A stretch of 59,695 bases of DNA. Origin: Phycisphaerales bacterium (lineage in GTDB: Bacteria > Planctomycetota > Phycisphaerae > Phycisphaerales > SM1A02). Position numbers and translations under genes: made by a program. The stretch is from the NCBI GenBank assembly GCA_045106735.1, contig JBGCEZ010000099.1, positions 1 to 59,695 on the forward strand, read 5' to 3'. Numbering within the stretch: the stretch's first letter is position 1; every line of letters begins with the position of its first letter. This document shows positions 57,131 through 59,695 of the stretch, piece after piece. Under the pieces are notes generated by a model. That model did not search any database. It had not been told where the DNA came from and was given only the letters and a program-made list of their open reading frames with translations.

Positions 57131-57164
57131 GCCACGGGGAGCACGACCGCCCGATTTCGTGCGC
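57131..57164 (+). other. Perfect 13-bp stem hairpin (cgggcggtcgtgc-cacgggga-gcacgaccgcccg) ~135 nt downstream of the Cys-rich gene; no U-tract
   Basis: Inverted repeat read directly. Followed by ATTTCG only, so not a canonical intrinsic terminator. Confidence 0.4.
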
Positions 57165-57504
57165 GCTCTGCATGCCTCTGGACTCCTGGTTCGCCGCCGT
57201 TGGATCGACCGCGGGTGGGCTGTTCTTCGGGGCCCATCATCGGTCATGAGCGAGCCGAAATTGCCCGGTGGATCGGGTTTCAGGCAGTGAATCGCTCACG
57301 ATGGGATCTACTTCCCTCGGATTCGGGATGGCCCGCGGGATTGCCAGGATCATCAGGATCATCAGGATCATCGGGCGAGCGTTCTCGAAGCTTTTTCGGC
57401 CGGTTGGACGATCAGGTTTCTTGGACGCGTGAGCGTCTGTGGCCATGTGCGCACCGTCTGCGCGGCGGCCGAAGAGCCTTGGGTCGGGACGAGTGGAGTC
57501 GAGC

Positions 57505-59394
57505 ATGATGCAGTACAAGAACTTTGTTTCGAGCCGAGCGAAGAGCCCAACAAGAAGTGGAGTGGTTGCGGGGTGGACATCGTCCGTCCCACGCGGCCCG
57601 TGGACCACGGCCGCGGCGTTCATCTTCACCCTCGGCATCACCGCCGCCGTCGCCACGCCCGCCGCGGCCCTCGGCGGCACTTGCAGTTGCCCGTCCGACG
57701 TCACCGGCGATGGAACGGTGGACTTTGTCGACGTCACCACGGTGCTCAGCGACTTTGGTGCGTGCACGCGTGAGTGCGCGGCGTGCGACTCGGACATCAA
57801 CGGCGACTGCAACGTCGGCATCGTCGACCTCATTCTCGTCCTCAGCGATTGGGGGGCATGCCCGGGTTCGCAAACCGATCCGGGCGAGACCTTGGCCGGG
57901 GCCACCGACCTGGGCGTGCTCGGCGACGGCCCGGTCGGAGGATGCGCTCGGCTGACGGCTGGCGATGTGGACGTGTTTGCATTGGAAGTGGCGGTGGAAC
58001 GCCGGATCTCCGTGCTCGTGGATGACCGCGACGGGGGCGCACGCGTGCAGCTCGTGGCCGACGTCAACGGGGACGGCATCTACGGCGCTGGGGATGCATA
58101 TGTGTCCGTCGACGAGCCCGGTGCCGCCAACATCACGTTCGAGAAGGACCTGACGCCAGGGACGTACTGGATTCGGCTCGAAGAGGCACACGGTCCGACC
58201 ACGTATACGCTCGCCGTGACGTCGGCCGCGTTGCCGGTGACGACCCCCGCGGATCCCGGCGGCCAGCTTGCCGGCGCGATCGAGCTTGGGCCGGTGGACG
58301 ATGGCCCGCGCACGCTCTCCCACGCCGTCGGCCCGTACGACGCCCGGGACATTGTGGCCTTCGACGTCATTGCTCCGCTCGAGCTCGCGGCGGACGTGAT
58401 CGGGCTGACCGACGCGATCCGGTGTGCGGTCGGGGCGGACATTGATGGCAGTGGTGCGATCATCGGCAACGGGGCGGTGGCTTCAGACGAGGCGATGATC
58501 TACGCCGCGGGCGTGGGCGACATCGGCGGCACGGTCGACCTGGTCCCGGGCCGGTACTGGCTGCTTCTGAACCGATTCTCGACGCTCGACGGCACCGGCT
58601 TCACCGCCACGCTCTCGGCCACCCCCCTGCCGATCAGCGTGCCCGAAGATCCGGGCGACACGCTCGCCACGGCGGCAGATCTTGGCGTGGCGGGCGGTGC
58701 CCCGCTCTTCATCGACGAGGTCTACGGGGCCTACGACCGAGCCGACGTGGTGCGATTCACGGTGGACGCCGCGCGCCGCGTCAGCCTCGAGCTCTCGGGC
58801 CGAACCGACGGTGGCCGATTCGATGTATTGGCCGATGTCGATGGCGACGGAATGGCCGAGCCGAGCGAGGAACTGCGCACGCGCTCGTCGGCCGGCATCG
58901 GAACGATCACGGAGACCGTGGACCTGGGCCCTGGCACGTGGTGGGTCCGGGTGGGACCGGAGTCCGCCGGGTCCGCCTCTCGCTACCGGCTGACCGCAAG
59001 TCCGACCCCGCTCGAGATCACGCCGACGAGCGATCCTGGTCCGGCCGTGCTCTCGGCCTGGCCAATGGGCATCCTCGGCGGCGCCGCGCTCGTGGAACGA
59101 GAGATCGTTGGCCCGTACGACCGGATCGATGCCTACCGGGTGGATGTGGCCAGCGCGAGTTCGGTGGTCGTGCGCTGCGATGAACGGTCAGACGGCGTGC
59201 GGCTGTCGCTGCGGCGCGATGACGACGGCGACGGCATCCTTGAAGTGACGGAGATCCTCGCGATCGCGGTCGACGACGACGGCGGCGCGGTGGAGCTCAC
59301 GGCCGACCTCAGTGCCGGCCCGGTGTACGTCCACATCGAATCCGCCACGCCGCAAGCCAGCACGGCGTACCGGTTGGACGTGCGGGCGGAGTGA
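57505..59394 (+). CDS. Secreted protein with N-terminal dockerin-like module followed by four PPC (bacterial pre-peptidase C-terminal)-like domains
   Basis: Signal peptide, then DVTGDGTVDFVDVTTVLSDFG / DSDINGDCNVGIVDLILVLSDWG (dockerin-like pair). Four repeats follow of the pattern DPG(E/D)TLA.A.DLG...YD..D(V/I).(A/R)F.V...TY.L.... Examples: ...TYWIRLEEAHGPTTYTLAV; ...RYWLLLNRFSTLDGTGFTATLSA; ...TWWVRVGPESAGSASRYRLTAS; ...VYVHIESATPQASTAYRLDV. Confidence 0.7.
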   Translation: MMQYKNFVSSRAKSPTRSGVVAGWTSSVPRGPWTTAAAFIFTLGITAAVATPAAALGGTCSCPSDVTGDGTVDFVDVTTVLSDFGACTRECAACDSDINGDCNVGIVDLILVLSDWGACPGSQTDPGETLAGATDLGVLGDGPVGGCARLTAGDVDVFALEVAVERRISVLVDDRDGGARVQLVADVNGDGIYGAGDAYVSVDEPGAANITFEKDLTPGTYWIRLEEAHGPTTYTLAVTSAALPVTTPADPGGQLAGAIELGPVDDGPRTLSHAVGPYDARDIVAFDVIAPLELAADVIGLTDAIRCAVGADIDGSGAIIGNGAVASDEAMIYAAGVGDIGGTVDLVPGRYWLLLNRFSTLDGTGFTATLSATPLPISVPEDPGDTLATAADLGVAGGAPLFIDEVYGAYDRADVVRFTVDAARRVSLELSGRTDGGRFDVLADVDGDGMAEPSEELRTRSSAGIGTITETVDLGPGTWWVRVGPESAGSASRYRLTASPTPLEITPTSDPGPAVLSAWPMGILGGAALVEREIVGPYDRIDAYRVDVASASSVVVRCDERSDGVRLSLRRDDDGDGILEVTEILAIAVDDDGGAVELTADLSAGPVYVHIESATPQASTAYRLDVRAE

Positions 59395-59479
59395 GGGCGG
59401 AGTGCGAAGTGCGGAGTGCCGAGTGCGGGCGAAGCGAGGGGTGCGGGCCGCGGTCGCGTCCGAGACTCGATCCGTGGGT

Positions 59480-59695
59480 TCAGTGTCCCCCGCACCCGCA
59501 CCGGAGATCGGGCGTGCCCAACCCGTAAGTGGCCCCGGTGTGTCCGAACGTCGTGCTTCCAATCCGGCCGCTGCCAATCGGGCTTCCAGGCGGCGGGTCG
59601 AACTCGCTTGGGACGGGCGGGGCGATGTCGAACCGGCGGTCGAGGTGCCGCGTGATGATGCGGCGGAGGTCCTGGCTCACGGGGTCGCCGCCGAG
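59480..59695 (-). CDS. Partial (start beyond window) C-terminal fragment, possibly a beta-lactamase-related serine hydrolase
   Basis: The ORF continues to the window edge. GHTGATYGLGTPD resembles the C-terminal G-H-T-G-(F/A)-T-G motif region of class-C beta-lactamase-fold hydrolases. Weak, fragment only. Confidence 0.3.
   Translation of the reverse strand, partial: LGGDPVSQDLRRIITRHLDRRFDIAPPVPSEFDPPPGSPIGSGRIGSTTFGHTGATYGLGTPDLRCGCGGH

Noticed and set aside
1-59695. CRISPR arrays, transposases, integrases, toxin-antitoxin pairs
   Set aside because: There are no regularly spaced 25-40-nt repeats with unique spacers. All tandem repeats are contiguous micro- or minisatellites. No ORF shows DDE/HUH/tyrosine-recombinase patterns.

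Overview
This 59.7-kb window is very GC-rich (about 68-70%) and is almost entirely coding. It looks like a chromosomal segment from a Planctomycetota-like bacterium. That inference rests on a PSCyt/DUF1592-type protein paired with a TAT-signal DUF1552-like protein, dockerin-like modules, and pervasive low-complexity inserts. Most genes run on the + strand in tightly packed, often translationally coupled units (ATGA/GTGA/TGATG overlaps).

Recognisable content:
- A partial M16 peptidase fragment, an HDOD-GGDEF diguanylate cyclase, recO, a ParA-like ATPase with a long disordered tail, and a VanZ-like membrane protein coupled to murJ.
- An unannotatable three-gene coupled operon (8431-13678), followed by rmuC and a putative outer-membrane beta-barrel.
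- A WrbA-type flavoprotein with a clean intrinsic terminator, followed by an unusual ~0.8-kb non-coding region full of tRNA T-arm-like hairpins plus one defective tRNA-Glu-like body.
- An SPFH/band-7 protein, an RND efflux pair (adaptor + permease, with no outer-membrane factor gene), a pyridine-nucleotide-disulfide oxidoreductase, an M50/CBS protease and a hybrid histidine kinase.
- The PSCyt-DUF1592/DUF1552 pair, then a lipoprotein, a giant AsmA/TamB-like protein and a small membrane protein as one coupled module, and a fused MFS/spermidine-synthase protein.
- A YciI-like gene, a secreted protein and an ECF sigma factor (COG4941-like) forming one module.
- RidA, a hypothetical protein with a (KS)n histone-H1-like tail, an IMPase-family protein, a BNR-repeat protein with a C-terminal dockerin-like module, mgtE, and an SLC12/APC-type transporter.
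- A low-GC (~52-55%) cysteine-rich secreted gene flanked by minisatellites, a dockerin + 4xPPC-domain secreted protein, and a partial serine-hydrolase-like gene at the window end.

No CRISPR array, transposase or integrase was seen. A genome-wide hallmark is many period-6/12/36 tandem repeats, both in-frame inside conserved genes and in intergenic regions. The many long ORFs antisense to or overlapping real genes are GC-driven artefacts.
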